Positions 50,411-61,170 are shown, counted from the stretch's first letter. The stretch is 64,000 bases of DNA from Candidatus Marinacidobacterales bacterium (GCA_965224085.1 CBDCYI010000011.1:1056001-1120000); one strand, 5' to 3'. Translations and numbers: made by a program. Notes: generated by a model from the letters alone, not told the origin.

Positions 50411-50480
50411 CCTATGCCAGGAAGTTCATCCGTGCGAATGACGGCGACGCGTCCGGTATGCAGAGAATCCAGGAAGAGTA

Positions 50481-50747
50481 TTGACACGCGAGCCACTTGA
50501 ACGCTACATGGAGGAGACGATGGAATCGGGAGGACGAGTCAGCATCGATATCGCCGACGGCTCGCAGAGCGTAACCCGAACGGTGAAGAAGTTGCTCGGA
50601 GATAACACGAAGATTGCGGCAGAAGACGTTCGGCTCCTCGCGAACGGATGGGTTCGGTTGACGCACGGAGAGGATCATCTCTATATCTCGCCGCACGCCG
50701 TCGAGTCGGTCCTCGTCGAAGACGGTGAGCTCGAGCTCGGAGATTGA
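50481..50747 (+). CDS. Small hypothetical protein
   Basis: 88-aa ORF with an RBS-like AGGAAG and plausible composition; no family recognised. Confidence 0.5.
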   Translation: MTREPLERYMEETMESGGRVSIDIADGSQSVTRTVKKLLGDNTKIAAEDVRLLANGWVRLTHGEDHLYISPHAVESVLVEDGELELGD

Positions 50748-50836
50748 GTCCCACGGGCATCCGGGATTCCGGCACTACGTCCTGGAAATCGTCACCAAAG
50801 TGCGATAAAAACCTCTATTCAAATCAAGGAGGTTCC

Positions 50837-51313
50837 ATGAAAGCACGGAAAATGGCGCTGGCTCTCTTAGTGCTCTTCTCGCTCGGCCTCGGACTCGCGT
50901 TGGTCCAAGCTCAGGACGATGACGCTCCGGTTCTCGCATACCGCCAAAGGCTCATGAAGGGCCACGGCGCGGGCATGGGTTCCATCGGCGATATTTTGAA
51001 ATACAAGCTGCCTTACTCCGCGGATATCAAGACCCACGCGAGCAACATCAACGCTTACGCGAAAATGATTCCCGGCGCGTTCGAGAAGAACATTTCCATG
51101 GGTAAGACGGATGCGCAGTCCGTCGTGTGGGAAGATTGGGACGACTTCACCGCCAAAGCGAAAGCTCTCGAAAACGCGGCGGCGAAGCTCGCGGCTTCGG
51201 CCGAAGGCGGCGACATGCGGGCGATGATGCCGAATGTGAAAGCGCTTGGCGAGGCGTGCCGCGGCTGTCACAACACTTACCGCAAACCTGAAGAAGAACG
51301 TTTCAAGCGTTAG
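50837..51313 (+). CDS. Class II cytochrome c (c'/c556)
   Basis: Signal peptide, RQRLMK, VWEDWDDF, C-terminal CRGCH; AAGGAGG RBS. Confidence 0.92.
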   Translation: MKARKMALALLVLFSLGLGLALVQAQDDDAPVLAYRQRLMKGHGAGMGSIGDILKYKLPYSADIKTHASNINAYAKMIPGAFEKNISMGKTDAQSVVWEDWDDFTAKAKALENAAAKLAASAEGGDMRAMMPNVKALGEACRGCHNTYRKPEEERFKR

Positions 51314-51382
51314 TCTCGTTTTCTCCAGAGGAGCGCCGGCGCCGGCGGCTTCATCAGCGCCAGCGCTCCAACCGAGATTCCT

Positions 51383-52267
51383 ATGAATCCAGCAAAATTC
51401 TTGTCGATGGGTCTCTTGACGGGTATCGGCGCCGTCGCCCTCGTTTTCAGCCAGGACAACGACGCGATCAAGCGCGGCGAGTACGTCGTGCAAGCTGCAG
51501 GCGGTTGCACTTGTCACAGTAATCCGAACAACGACACTTTTTCGCTCGGTGGCGGACGGCCGATTGTTACGCCTTTTGGGACCATCTACGGAACCAACAT
51601 CACCCCGGATCCAGAGACCGGGATTGGTGGGTGGAGCGACGATGACTTCATCAAAGCGATGCGCGAAGGCGTGAGCCCAGACGGCGAGGTTTATTACCCC
51701 GTTTTTCCTTACACGTCCTTCACGAAGATGACCACTGAAGATTTGCTGGACATGAAGGCCTATCTGTTCTCGCTCGAACCCGTTAGCAACGAGAACAAGG
51801 AGCCCGAGTTCCGCTTTCCGTATAGCAGCCGGTCGAGCGTCCGCGTGTGGCGCGGGCTGAATTTCGACCCTCAACGCTTCGAGGCCGACTCGCAGAAATC
51901 GGAAGAGTGGAACCGCGGAGCCTATCTTTCGGAGGCGCTCGCGCATTGCGGCGAGTGCCACACGCCGCGTACGTTCATGGGCGCGACGGATGACGATCTC
52001 TACTACGCCGGTTCGGTGGAGGGTCCCGAAGGCGAGCTCGCCCCGAACATCACTCCGCACGAAGCGACAGGCATCGGGAGCTGGAGCACGCCCGACATCA
52101 CGTGGTTCATGCAAACGAGCTTCAAGCCGGACGGTGATGATGCACAGGGGCTCATGGGAGAGCTCGTTACCCAAGGCTACTCGTTCCTGACCGACGCAGA
52201 CTTGAACGCTATCGCCGTTTATTTGAAGGCCCTCGAGCCGATCGAGAACAAAGTTGAGGCGCCATAG
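51383..52267 (+). CDS. Di-haem cytochrome c (similar to dehydrogenase cytochrome subunits)
   Basis: RGEYVVQAAGGCTCH, NITPDPETGIG, YPVFPY, RGAYLSEALAHCGECH. Confidence 0.88.
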   Translation: MNPAKFLSMGLLTGIGAVALVFSQDNDAIKRGEYVVQAAGGCTCHSNPNNDTFSLGGGRPIVTPFGTIYGTNITPDPETGIGGWSDDDFIKAMREGVSPDGEVYYPVFPYTSFTKMTTEDLLDMKAYLFSLEPVSNENKEPEFRFPYSSRSSVRVWRGLNFDPQRFEADSQKSEEWNRGAYLSEALAHCGECHTPRTFMGATDDDLYYAGSVEGPEGELAPNITPHEATGIGSWSTPDITWFMQTSFKPDGDDAQGLMGELVTQGYSFLTDADLNAIAVYLKALEPIENKVEAP

Positions 52268-52366
52268 AGGCGCGGCCCGAAAGCACGTGATCCGGCACGT
52301 ACGCTACGTTATTGCGGTTCAAGACCTCGATCGATCCGCCCGCTCTTACCGTGACGTTCTACAGAC

Positions 52367-55300
52367 TTAAGGCTTAACAGGCTCATCGGGTGGCTTCGGC
52401 GGTCGCGGCCGGTCCATGCTCAAGCTCACCCCGCCCCAAAACTCCGAGCCTTTACGCTCGATCCGATGATCGCCGTCGACGAGATATTGCAAGATCGCTT
52501 TATCCCATTCCAGGCCAGCCGTGGCGACGAGCTTCATCCAGTCACCATGGGCCGTTTCGTCCGGAGCCTCTGTCGAGCCGCTCCAGATCGTGACTTTGGG
52601 GTTGTAGCCGCGGCTCTGTACGCCCGGACGGGGCGGGCGGCTTCCTTCAATCGAAGTGTGGATCATCACCTCGTTCTCCATGGGAAGCTTGTAGACCTCT
52701 TGATCGTCAAAGTCGGCACCGTAGCGGCGATAGCGGTCGTAGTTCCTCTGGTTCATCGCGTAGACGTCTTCGGCCGCGTTGATCGCCTTCGTGATGTAGT
52801 CGCGAATCTGGAACGCCGCTTCTTTGTGCCGCGGAAAGCGTGCGTCATCGGTATAGCTGAAGCCGGGCATGAACCAGCCCTTGTTCATGCTCCAGTTGCG
52901 CTCGGTGATACGGCCGCGGCGCACGAGCCCCGTATATTCGGAGAAAAGTTGCACGAGTTGGTGCGACGGGTAACCGTGCGGGTTCAGAAAAATATCGGGA
53001 AGCCACATTTCCCATAGCCGCCGACGGACGGTGGACTCCGGGTAGATGGGCATGGGGCGGTTGCCGTCTGTGGTCACGTCCATCCCGAGCGAAGCGAGAT
53101 AGCCTGCGTGCAGAACGAGCTCCGGGGTCTTTTCGTAGAGGTCGAAAGCGAGCTGGGCTCCATCGGCGTTGGTGATCGGATGGACCACGACGTTGACTCT
53201 GTCGAGCTTCTTGCGATGCTCGGGGTCAGTGAGTAGAAGCTCGGCGAGCTTCAACACGTGGGATGTCGAAGAGACCTCGTTCGCGTGCTGCCGCGCCGAG
53301 TAGATGACGGTCGGCTTCATCGTCGTGGCCTTGTTTTGTGAGACGTGCGAGGCCTCGACCGGTGGCATGAGGTCCATTGCCCAAATATCCTGGCCGAGAT
53401 AGCTTTCGCCCATTTTGTACACGGTGGCTTCGTCGAAGCGCGCCATCTTGGCGAGGATGGCATAGGCTTCGGGCGGTGGGATGGGCGTGTCCCACTGCAC
53501 GAGCTCGCCGTCGCCTGGACGGATCGGGAAGCGGTGGATGTCGGGAAAGGGTGCCGGGCTTCCATTAGCAGCGAGCTCGACGACCGGCTCGTTCTCCCAG
53601 TCGATCTTGTGCTCCCAGCCAGCGCGAACGGCGAGTGTCTCGACCGCGTGATAAGCGAGCGCGTCCTCGTAGAGGCCCGCCGCGCGCAGCGCGCTCAAGT
53701 GCTCGACCATGGCGATGACTTGCTCGGCGGAGAGGATGCGCTCGTCTACTTGCTCGGACCGTGTGCGTAGGGAAAGCTGCGCGCGCTCGTTCTGCTCTGT
53801 ATCCACCTTCACGCGGAGCTCGAGGCGCGTTAGGCCCGGCTCGCCCGCACGCACGTGCGCGGTGAGCGCTCTCGGGCGATTCATCTCGACTTTCGGAATA
53901 TTGCGGCGCGCTTCGCGCTGGGCTCCGTTCGCGCTCTCGTACTCGATCACGACCGCTGGGCGGCTGGTCGCGAAGCCGGTGAAGCGAATGCTCGCGCTTC
54001 CGGCTTCGCCGTCACTCTTCGGCTGCATGATGGGGATGATGCGGCCGGCATAGGTGAGCTCGTCGCCGCGCGCGTTGCGGCCGAGAATGCGGTAGAACAT
54101 GAGCGTCGTGAAATAGATGTCCTCGTGGAGCGCGTCCATCGTGGAGATGAGCTCTTTGTCGAGATCGAGAAGATAGTGCGGCTCGCTCAAGGTCAGCTCG
54201 ACGGTGAGCTCGCCGAAATAAGGCGCGTCCCGGCCGTCGCCGCGAGGATTGCCGTCATGGCGCTCCATTATGTAGTCGTACATTTTCGAAAACGTCTGGG
54301 ATTGAAAGTGATCCCAGAAACTTTCCGCGTCCGTAACGATGCGGGTGTCGACGAGTGTCTCGCCAGCGGCGGTGGCCGATAGCCAACCAGTTGTGACGTT
54401 GACCATCTCGTAGTCGCGAAAGCGGTCGAGGTAAGGGCGGAGGACGAGCTTCGGGCGATAGGTCTCTCGCAAGATCTCGTTGCCATCCGAATCCACGGCG
54501 ATCACCTCGTAGGGCGGCGCGTGCTCCGGTGCCGCTTCGAATCGAATCTTCTCCCGGGGTAGAGAAAGCTCACGGGCGAGTATCTCGTCGATGGGGAAGG
54601 CTTCCTGAAGCCAGCGTAGTGGCGTTCCCATAGCTTGTTGGCGCCACTCGTCCGGCGGCGCGTAACGCGCGAAGTGAACGGTGATCGAGTCGACGTTCTC
54701 GCCCTCGAGCTTCGGCCGCACGCCGTCGTAGAGCCAGCTATAGCCTTGTTTGAAGGCTGAGAGAATCTGCACGTCGGCGTCCGGCCCGAGCTCGCGACGA
54801 ACTTCTTCTGCGATGCGAGCGCGGACTTCTATCGGCTCGGAAAGCCGCGCCTCGAGTGTCACGGGGCGGCCTCCGGCCCGCGGCAAGACCCGCTCGCGGA
54901 ACAAACGCCAGAACGCGTCGACTTCAGAAGGGACTTGGAATCGCTCCTCGAATATGGTCGCCGCGTTTTGCACGTCGCGGTCGTCGATGATGATCTCGAG
55001 CGCCTCCGCGCCGAGCCCCGCGGCATGCTCTCGAATCACGCTCTCGAAACCCGCGGGCGGCTTCTCTAGGGAAACGGTTACCTTCGCTCGAATGAGCTCG
55101 TCATCATTGAGCTCTGCGTCGAGCTCCGCGACGAGCTTATCGAGCTTGTAGAGCGCTACCGCCGCCTGGCCCGCGGGAGAGCGACCGGAAAAAAAGCGCC
55201 AGAGCTCCATTTCGACGTCGTCGATCGTGGCGCGATCCTTCCCGCGTTCCCAGATATTCGGAAATCGCTCGGCGATTTGCTCGAGTGCGCGGTCGGTACC

Positions 55301-56440
55301 GGCATCGTCGCTGCCGGAGACGATCACAGCGCCCTTTGGGCCAAACGCGTTGGGGACGACGCGGACGACGCCTTCGCCGCGCTCGAGCTCCATCTTCGGG
55401 ATAGTCTCCTCGTCGAGGAGCGGATGAGCGCCGATAAGAACGAGCGTCGGCTCGTCGGAAGGCTCTTGGATCTCGTCCGGAAGGCGAACGATGGGTACGG
55501 AAATGCCCGCGGCCTCGAGCCCGAGGCGCGCCGCCAAATCGAGCGTTCTTTCGTTCCCATGGGTTGGACTCAACACGACGTCGATGCGGTCGGCGATGAG
55601 GTTCGTGTCGCTGTCGCCGAGCATGCCGTCCGGCTTGTAGAGGTTCGAAAGATCGAGCTCGCGTTTGGGGCCCGAGCCGGGCCTTGCCGGGATGGGGCCG
55701 CCTTCGCGCTCGGCCGGCTGTCGCGGGAAGCGCACTTCCGCGCCCGCGAGACGCATCACGAAGGTCTCGACCCCTTCATAGGACGGGGAGCTCTCGAGAA
55801 TCACGCGCCGGGCGATAGGCAGTTGGGTCTCGGGTACGTCGAGAGACACGTGAAGCTCTTGGAGCTGCCCGCGTCCCACGACGACGCGTGTGATGCGCAA
55901 GTCCTGCGGCTCGATGACCTCTTCGACGAGCGTCGCGCGAATATCCGCAATCACGTCCGAGAGCGTCACGCCGTCGGGGTCCCAAAGGTGCGGCAGACGT
56001 CCCGAGAGCGCCGTGGCTGCCGCGCGTGTCCCGCTATCCTCGGAGCCCGTGACGACGAGCCATTCGCGCCCTTCCACGACCGCGGTCGTGATCAAGCCTT
56101 CGCCCACACGGATTCCGTCGAGGTCGATGCCGATGGCTGAGGCCGCTTCGACCCCGACGGCGATGCCCACGCCCCCTCGTTGTGCCTGCTTGGCTGTCAG
56201 TGGAAGGTTCATCGCCATCGTTTCGAAACCCAGGCGTGTGGCGATGTCCGAAGCGGCGGCGACAATGAAGGGCGACGGATCGTCGCCGAGAGAGAGCTCC
56301 GCGTTGACGAAGTCGATGACACCGTCACCGTTGCGGTCTTCGAGCATGTAGCCAGCATCGAAAATTTCGTTCAGGGGACGCTGGGCGAAGGCCGTTTGCG
56401 CGAGGAGCAGACATCCGACGAGCGGCGCGAATCGTGTCAT
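52367..56440 (-). CDS. Very large exported M14 family zinc metallopeptidase (1357 aa)
   Basis: C-terminal RQHANE, NADG and LNPHG motifs; long N-terminal region with an internal duplication. Confidence 0.85.
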   Translation of the reverse strand: MTRFAPLVGCLLLAQTAFAQRPLNEIFDAGYMLEDRNGDGVIDFVNAELSLGDDPSPFIVAAASDIATRLGFETMAMNLPLTAKQAQRGGVGIAVGVEAASAIGIDLDGIRVGEGLITTAVVEGREWLVVTGSEDSGTRAAATALSGRLPHLWDPDGVTLSDVIADIRATLVEEVIEPQDLRITRVVVGRGQLQELHVSLDVPETQLPIARRVILESSPSYEGVETFVMRLAGAEVRFPRQPAEREGGPIPARPGSGPKRELDLSNLYKPDGMLGDSDTNLIADRIDVVLSPTHGNERTLDLAARLGLEAAGISVPIVRLPDEIQEPSDEPTLVLIGAHPLLDEETIPKMELERGEGVVRVVPNAFGPKGAVIVSGSDDAGTDRALEQIAERFPNIWERGKDRATIDDVEMELWRFFSGRSPAGQAAVALYKLDKLVAELDAELNDDELIRAKVTVSLEKPPAGFESVIREHAAGLGAEALEIIIDDRDVQNAATIFEERFQVPSEVDAFWRLFRERVLPRAGGRPVTLEARLSEPIEVRARIAEEVRRELGPDADVQILSAFKQGYSWLYDGVRPKLEGENVDSITVHFARYAPPDEWRQQAMGTPLRWLQEAFPIDEILARELSLPREKIRFEAAPEHAPPYEVIAVDSDGNEILRETYRPKLVLRPYLDRFRDYEMVNVTTGWLSATAAGETLVDTRIVTDAESFWDHFQSQTFSKMYDYIMERHDGNPRGDGRDAPYFGELTVELTLSEPHYLLDLDKELISTMDALHEDIYFTTLMFYRILGRNARGDELTYAGRIIPIMQPKSDGEAGSASIRFTGFATSRPAVVIEYESANGAQREARRNIPKVEMNRPRALTAHVRAGEPGLTRLELRVKVDTEQNERAQLSLRTRSEQVDERILSAEQVIAMVEHLSALRAAGLYEDALAYHAVETLAVRAGWEHKIDWENEPVVELAANGSPAPFPDIHRFPIRPGDGELVQWDTPIPPPEAYAILAKMARFDEATVYKMGESYLGQDIWAMDLMPPVEASHVSQNKATTMKPTVIYSARQHANEVSSTSHVLKLAELLLTDPEHRKKLDRVNVVVHPITNADGAQLAFDLYEKTPELVLHAGYLASLGMDVTTDGNRPMPIYPESTVRRRLWEMWLPDIFLNPHGYPSHQLVQLFSEYTGLVRRGRITERNWSMNKGWFMPGFSYTDDARFPRHKEAAFQIRDYITKAINAAEDVYAMNQRNYDRYRRYGADFDDQEVYKLPMENEVMIHTSIEGSRPPRPGVQSRGYNPKVTIWSGSTEAPDETAHGDWMKLVATAGLEWDKAILQYLVDGDHRIERKGSEFWGGVSLSMDRPRPPKPPDEPVKP

Positions 56441-56525
56441 AGCGGCGAATTATAGATTATTGATAGTGGTGGTTGTGTAGGTCACCGACACTCACTCGCG
56501 GTGACACTCGGATCGTAAGAGTTAA

Positions 56526-56685
56526 GTGGGGCTCATCCTCGAGGGTCAGCCGCGCGTCGTATCGGAGTTCGAGGCCGGAGGCGTCGCGGGCTCGGGAAGC
56601 GGTATCGCGAAGGGGAGCGGCTATCCCATTTTGGCGCCGGTGATGGACCTGGTCGAAGTTGGGGTGGGCGGCGGCAGCATTGCCT
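56526..56685 (+). pseudogene. Hydantoinase/oxoprolinase A internal fragment
   Basis: GSGYPILAPVMDLVEVGVGGGSIA. Confidence 0.7.
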
Positions 56686-57008
56686 GTCCGAGCTTCTTGA
56701 GAGCCCTAACGCGGCAAACGGTCGTCGATTCCCGGGCCGCGGAAAGTCTCGGCGGCTCCGGGGGCGGTGAAATCGACGGACTCACCGCCCGCATGTCCGT
56801 CACACGATACATCGCGCGCAGTTGGAAGAAATCGCGTGTCGATCCGACCGTGTCGCGAGGGAGTGTGACGAGCAGCGCAACCGGCGAGCTTGTCAGATCC
56901 TTCCACACGGATGCCAAACGTACTTGATTCCGGCCCTTCGAACAACCGAGGAAGGTAGCTCGTCCCGTTCTAATGACTGGCGCCATACGGCTCGCACGTG
57001 CGCAGAGC

Positions 57009-57371
57009 TCAGTAGGTGATGGCCTCTTCAGGTGCTTGGAGCCCGAGGAATAGGTAGAGACCTCGATCGATAGCTTGGAGCTCCATCGGATCAATGCGAC
57101 CGTAGACTCTGCGCACGCGGGACTTACTGATGGCCCGGAGCTGGTCGACGAGGGCGTATGATTCTCGCTGCAGACCACCCGCTCCGGGTGCGATTCTCGG
57201 ATACAGAGCTCCGTCACCCGGTGTCGACGTCACCGGCACGATACACATCATCGGGAACCGCTGATCGGAGCTCACCTCGAGGTCGCTCACGACAATACCC
57301 GGGCGAATTCCGTGTTGCTCGTGCCCCTTGGCCGGGTCCTCGACGAGCACCACGCTGCCTCGCTTCAGCAT
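57009..57371 (-). CDS. PemK/MazF family endoribonuclease toxin
   Basis: RGSVVLV-DPAKGHEQHGIRPGIVVS, IVPVTS, SYALVDQLRAISKSR. Confidence 0.9.
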   Translation of the reverse strand: MLKRGSVVLVEDPAKGHEQHGIRPGIVVSDLEVSSDQRFPMMCIVPVTSTPGDGALYPRIAPGAGGLQRESYALVDQLRAISKSRVRRVYGRIDPMELQAIDRGLYLFLGLQAPEEAITY

Positions 57372-57691
57372 CAACTTTCGTCGAGCTCGGACGACGCTTT
57401 GCCCCAACCCTTGCCTGAGATCCACCGGATCTCTGAACCACCTTCGGGATCCACGAGGTCATCGACCGTTTCTCTGGGAAGGCCCGAATCCCAGTCTGTG
57501 AGACCCATCTCCGCGACCGATTCACTGTCGAGGTGAGGGTTCCTCAAGGATTGCCGTAACTCCTCGCGACGTCGCCTTTCGAGCTCACGACGAACCGCGT
57601 CCAGTATGAACTTGCTCCGGTTTCGGGCTCGACGATCGATGTCCTCCACTATCTCGGAAGGCATCGTAATCGTCACACGTTCAGTAGCCAT
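57371..57691 (-). CDS. Ribbon-helix-helix antitoxin
   Basis: ERVTITMP...NRSKFILDAVRRE with an acidic C-terminus; TGATG overlap with the toxin. Confidence 0.82.
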   Translation of the reverse strand: MATERVTITMPSEIVEDIDRRARNRSKFILDAVRRELERRRREELRQSLRNPHLDSESVAEMGLTDWDSGLPRETVDDLVDPEGGSEIRWISGKGWGKASSELDES

Positions 57692-57850
57692 AAAAATATG
57701 ATCTGACTTTTTCGCTACTATTGTGTCAAGTTGGGCGAGCGAACGCGGCTAAAACTCTTGTGCGATCGCAGTCGGGTGAATGCCCCGCGGGCTTCCTCAC
57801 GCTGAATTGTCTCGTGGAGGCGTTTATCGCTATCGCTAAAGCGTGACGGA

Positions 57851-58279
57851 TTACTGGCTCTCGAGGTGCCTGCGTCCATCCGCGATTATCGGGAGGACGT
57901 CGTTTTTACCAACGAACTCGTAGATCGTCCGCCCGTCTTGCAATAGCCCTTCCTCGCTCTTCATCGTCCTCAGCTCGACCATCAGCTTGTCGGCGTTGTC
58001 GGAGTCCGGCGCCACGATGACGTTGAGCTGAACGCGCTTGCCGTGCACGTCGTACACGGTATTGCGCAGGCTCTCGATCTTCGCGCCAAGCTTGTCGGCG
58101 ATGGCGTCGATTTGCTCACTCGGAACGTCGAAGTCAGATTCGACGTTCCATCCTGACGGCATCTCGGGTGCCGGCGGTGTTTTTGAAGATGCGTGGGTCC
58201 CGCTATTGGCCGTGCAACTAGCAAGGCAGAAAAGCAGTGCCCAAGGGGCGAGAAAAAGGGATCGTCGCACTGGAAACAT
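57851..58279 (-). CDS. Hypothetical lipoprotein
   Basis: GGAGG RBS, lipobox LASC, Pro/Ser linker. Confidence 0.6.
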   Translation of the reverse strand: MFPVRRSLFLAPWALLFCLASCTANSGTHASSKTPPAPEMPSGWNVESDFDVPSEQIDAIADKLGAKIESLRNTVYDVHGKRVQLNVIVAPDSDNADKLMVELRTMKSEEGLLQDGRTIYEFVGKNDVLPIIADGRRHLESQ

Positions 58280-58566
58280 GGCAACCTCCGTATTGTCGGG
58301 AATAGATCCATTATGCCGAGGACAACGGCGTGCCGGCAATAGCTAGATGAAGATTGGGGGCAATCTTGGAGTTCGAGTCCAGCTTCTACCCTCTTGCTTA
58401 TCCCGTCTTCGAAGAAGTCTACGTCAGCAGGCTCCTCGATCGAGACGAGTTCCGCGCTCACTGCGACCGGCACAAGACGCGCGAGCCATCCTGGCAGATC
58501 TAGTTTGAATCGATATCTCGTCTGCGCGTGCGACGATGGCCCGCCAAGGTGGACCAGCGAGCCAAG

Positions 58567-61170
58567 TCAGGGCTGTACTTCGGCCGTCGGCGGCGAGACT
58601 CTCGCTTCGCGAGCGAAGCGCACATACATCGCCTTTGCTTCACGAAACTGCGCGAAGACGTGATCCTTCTCCCGCTGGGAGCGCCACCCCGGCGCCGCTT
58701 CGGCCATCGCCGTGAGTTTGTCTATCCACTCGATGGAGTACTCGGCTGCTTCGAGGTTGCGGACGGGCCGTCTACCCACTGTCACCCACACCGGATTCGT
58801 GAATCCCTGAGCGAAGCCGGTGTCGAGGGGATAGCTCTCTTCCCGCACGCCTTCCGCGCGAACGTGAAACCATCCGCTGCCGCTGACTTTGACTTTCGTC
58901 GTGTAGTCGATGCTCTTGCGGTTCTCGGGTAGAGGGATCTCTTCCACGACTTCCCCGTTCCAGATTAGCATTACGGTGGACACCGGCGTGATGGAACGGA
59001 TGCGAACGTGGATCTCGACCTCGCCACCCGAAGGAGGAAGCATCACTTCCTCGCCCGGTATCTTTCCTTCAACGGTCAATTCCACGAGCGTCCCAGTGCT
59101 GACGAACGCCCGACCTTCACGCAAGCCCCGCTTCCACGCTTCGGGATCGAGTCCGGCCCCGCCAGTATAGACATAGGTGCGCGCCGAACCGGGCATTTTG
59201 CTCACGTGAAGGTCGCTCATCGCATCGTCTCCGCCCGTTGCCGTCACTCGCAGACCGTTGTTCAAAACCGCGTACCAAGGGTGGAAAGCGGCGCGTCCCG
59301 AGAACGACCACTCTACGCCGTCGGTCGTATCGAAGGCGGCGTCCACCATGAACCCCCTAGCGACGCCGAGGCCGCGATCGATCGGGTCTTCTTCACCGCC
59401 AAACGCGTGGGCGTAGCCCGTCGTCGCGTGCTGCGCCTTCGCTTTGCGCAACATGTCGGTGTTGCTCGGATAGAGGCTTTCGACCGCGGTCCCTTCGTAA
59501 CCGGTAGCCCACGGCGAGAGAAGATGATCGCGCAGCCCGATTAGCGTGACGTGGCCGTAAAAGGGCGGGCGGTACTCCTGACCGACCATCAGCAAGCGAT
59601 CCGGCGTCGAGAGAGGATGGGCGCCGCCGCCGGGGATGAAGTACTGATAGTCGAGAATGCGATTGTCCTTGTTAGCGATGAGCTCGTTGACGACGTCCTG
59701 ATCTTCCGCGGCCGACATGAGCATCAGGTTTTCGAGCGTGTTGTACAAGTTGCCGCCGTAGTTCATGTGCATGTGAGTGGAGCCGCTGTACCAGCCTTTG
59801 GCGGCCATATCGGTCATGCGCTCTAGCCTGAGCTCGACTTGCGTCACTTCCCGGCTCCGGATCTCGACTTCGCGTTCGGTCGGCCAGAACTCGAAACCCT
59901 TGACCGCCATGAGGCTCAAAGTGCCCACCGGAACTTCGAGCTGGAACGCGCCCGTGGAGTGGAAGATGTGATCGTCGCCGCCCTGGGTGAGGCGCGCGAA
60001 CGTCTCGGGAGGGCAATAGAACTTTCCGTCCGATGCGGTGAGGTGCATGCGCGCGTGTGTCGACGCGTCGATCGATGCGTCCACGACGCGCACTGAGACG
60101 ATCCCCATGGGGCGTTTCCAACGGCGATCGGTAATACGAACTGTTTGTCGCTTGCCGCCATAGGTCTCGAGTAGCTCGAGCTGAGGCAGTCCTCCCTCGT
60201 TCGAGATGTATGCGATCCACTCCCCATCCGGAGACCACCTTGGATGAAAGGCGTCGTGCTCGTAAAACGTCAGCTTGTACGGCTGGCCGCCGGCCACGGG
60301 AAGAACGTACAAGTTCGCGTATTGATCCGAAGTTCCACCGGTCGAGGAATATACGAAACGCTTGCCGTCGATCGATACATCCGGCCGCGCACGGTAGAGC
60401 GATTGTTCACCGAGAACAGCATCCGCCTCTTCCATCGCACGCGTCGATGCGGCCGCGCGCCAGATGTTCCCCGAGCCGAGCGGTACGCCCCGGTTGGACA
60501 CGATGAGAAGTTGCTTCCCGTCACGTGTCCACTCCGGCGTGATGTGCATGTCCCACTCGCCGAAGTAGAGTCGGTCTCGCGAGTATTTGTTGTCCTCGGT
60601 AATCTCGACTTCGTCGCCGGCCCACTCTCCGTTTTCGATGTCACGCGTGTAGACGTTGAAATAGCCGTTCGGCTTCGTTGACACGTAAGCAAGGGTCTTG
60701 CCGTCCGGCGAGAACATCGGGTCCGCGTAGATGTGCTCGTCATCCGTCAGCGCGTGCGATTCGCCGGTGGCGACGTTCAGAATCTCGAGCTGGATGGTCT
60801 TGCCGCCGTCGTCGGCGGTATAGACGATCCAATTGCCGCCCGCGGACCAATCCGGTGAGGAGTGGTACTTGCGGTTGTAAGTGAGCTCTTCGGCTTTGCC
60901 AGTGCTCGGATCCACACGCCAGATCGAACCGGCCATGGAAACGGCGACGTAGCGGCCGTCGGGTGACCACGCCGGCGCCCACGGCGTCGAGCTTGGAGCG
61001 GGTGGAAAGTAGTAGTTGTGCATGTAGTTCCCGCCGTGGCGTGCGGCCGGGTACAAGCGCTCGCGCGGCCCGCGTAAAAGCTCGGGAACACCCCAATGGG
61101 CCAGGGCTATAGACGACAACGTGAGGACGCCAAGTACCATGCCTTGAGCGTTGCGACCAGGTGCGTTCAC
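58567..61170 (-). CDS. TolB-like (PD40) propeller fused to a CehA/McbA-type PHP-fold metallohydrolase
   Basis: Repeated PAWSPDG/PMFSPDG/PRWSPDG; WYSGSTHMH, GQEYR...GH, YAH, GGDD, FTNPVW. GTG start after AGGAGG. Confidence 0.85.
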   Translation of the reverse strand: MNAPGRNAQGMVLGVLTLSSIALAHWGVPELLRGPRERLYPAARHGGNYMHNYYFPPAPSSTPWAPAWSPDGRYVAVSMAGSIWRVDPSTGKAEELTYNRKYHSSPDWSAGGNWIVYTADDGGKTIQLEILNVATGESHALTDDEHIYADPMFSPDGKTLAYVSTKPNGYFNVYTRDIENGEWAGDEVEITEDNKYSRDRLYFGEWDMHITPEWTRDGKQLLIVSNRGVPLGSGNIWRAAASTRAMEEADAVLGEQSLYRARPDVSIDGKRFVYSSTGGTSDQYANLYVLPVAGGQPYKLTFYEHDAFHPRWSPDGEWIAYISNEGGLPQLELLETYGGKRQTVRITDRRWKRPMGIVSVRVVDASIDASTHARMHLTASDGKFYCPPETFARLTQGGDDHIFHSTGAFQLEVPVGTLSLMAVKGFEFWPTEREVEIRSREVTQVELRLERMTDMAAKGWYSGSTHMHMNYGGNLYNTLENLMLMSAAEDQDVVNELIANKDNRILDYQYFIPGGGAHPLSTPDRLLMVGQEYRPPFYGHVTLIGLRDHLLSPWATGYEGTAVESLYPSNTDMLRKAKAQHATTGYAHAFGGEEDPIDRGLGVARGFMVDAAFDTTDGVEWSFSGRAAFHPWYAVLNNGLRVTATGGDDAMSDLHVSKMPGSARTYVYTGGAGLDPEAWKRGLREGRAFVSTGTLVELTVEGKIPGEEVMLPPSGGEVEIHVRIRSITPVSTVMLIWNGEVVEEIPLPENRKSIDYTTKVKVSGSGWFHVRAEGVREESYPLDTGFAQGFTNPVWVTVGRRPVRNLEAAEYSIEWIDKLTAMAEAAPGWRSQREKDHVFAQFREAKAMYVRFAREARVSPPTAEVQP

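Noticed and set aside
56690-56960. Coding-like fragment on the minus strand
   Set aside because: Looks like gene debris, but no family could be assigned.
57692-57729. Sigma70 promoter for the RHH-MazF pair
   Set aside because: A perfect TTGACA is present but there is no convincing -10 at 16-18 nt spacing.
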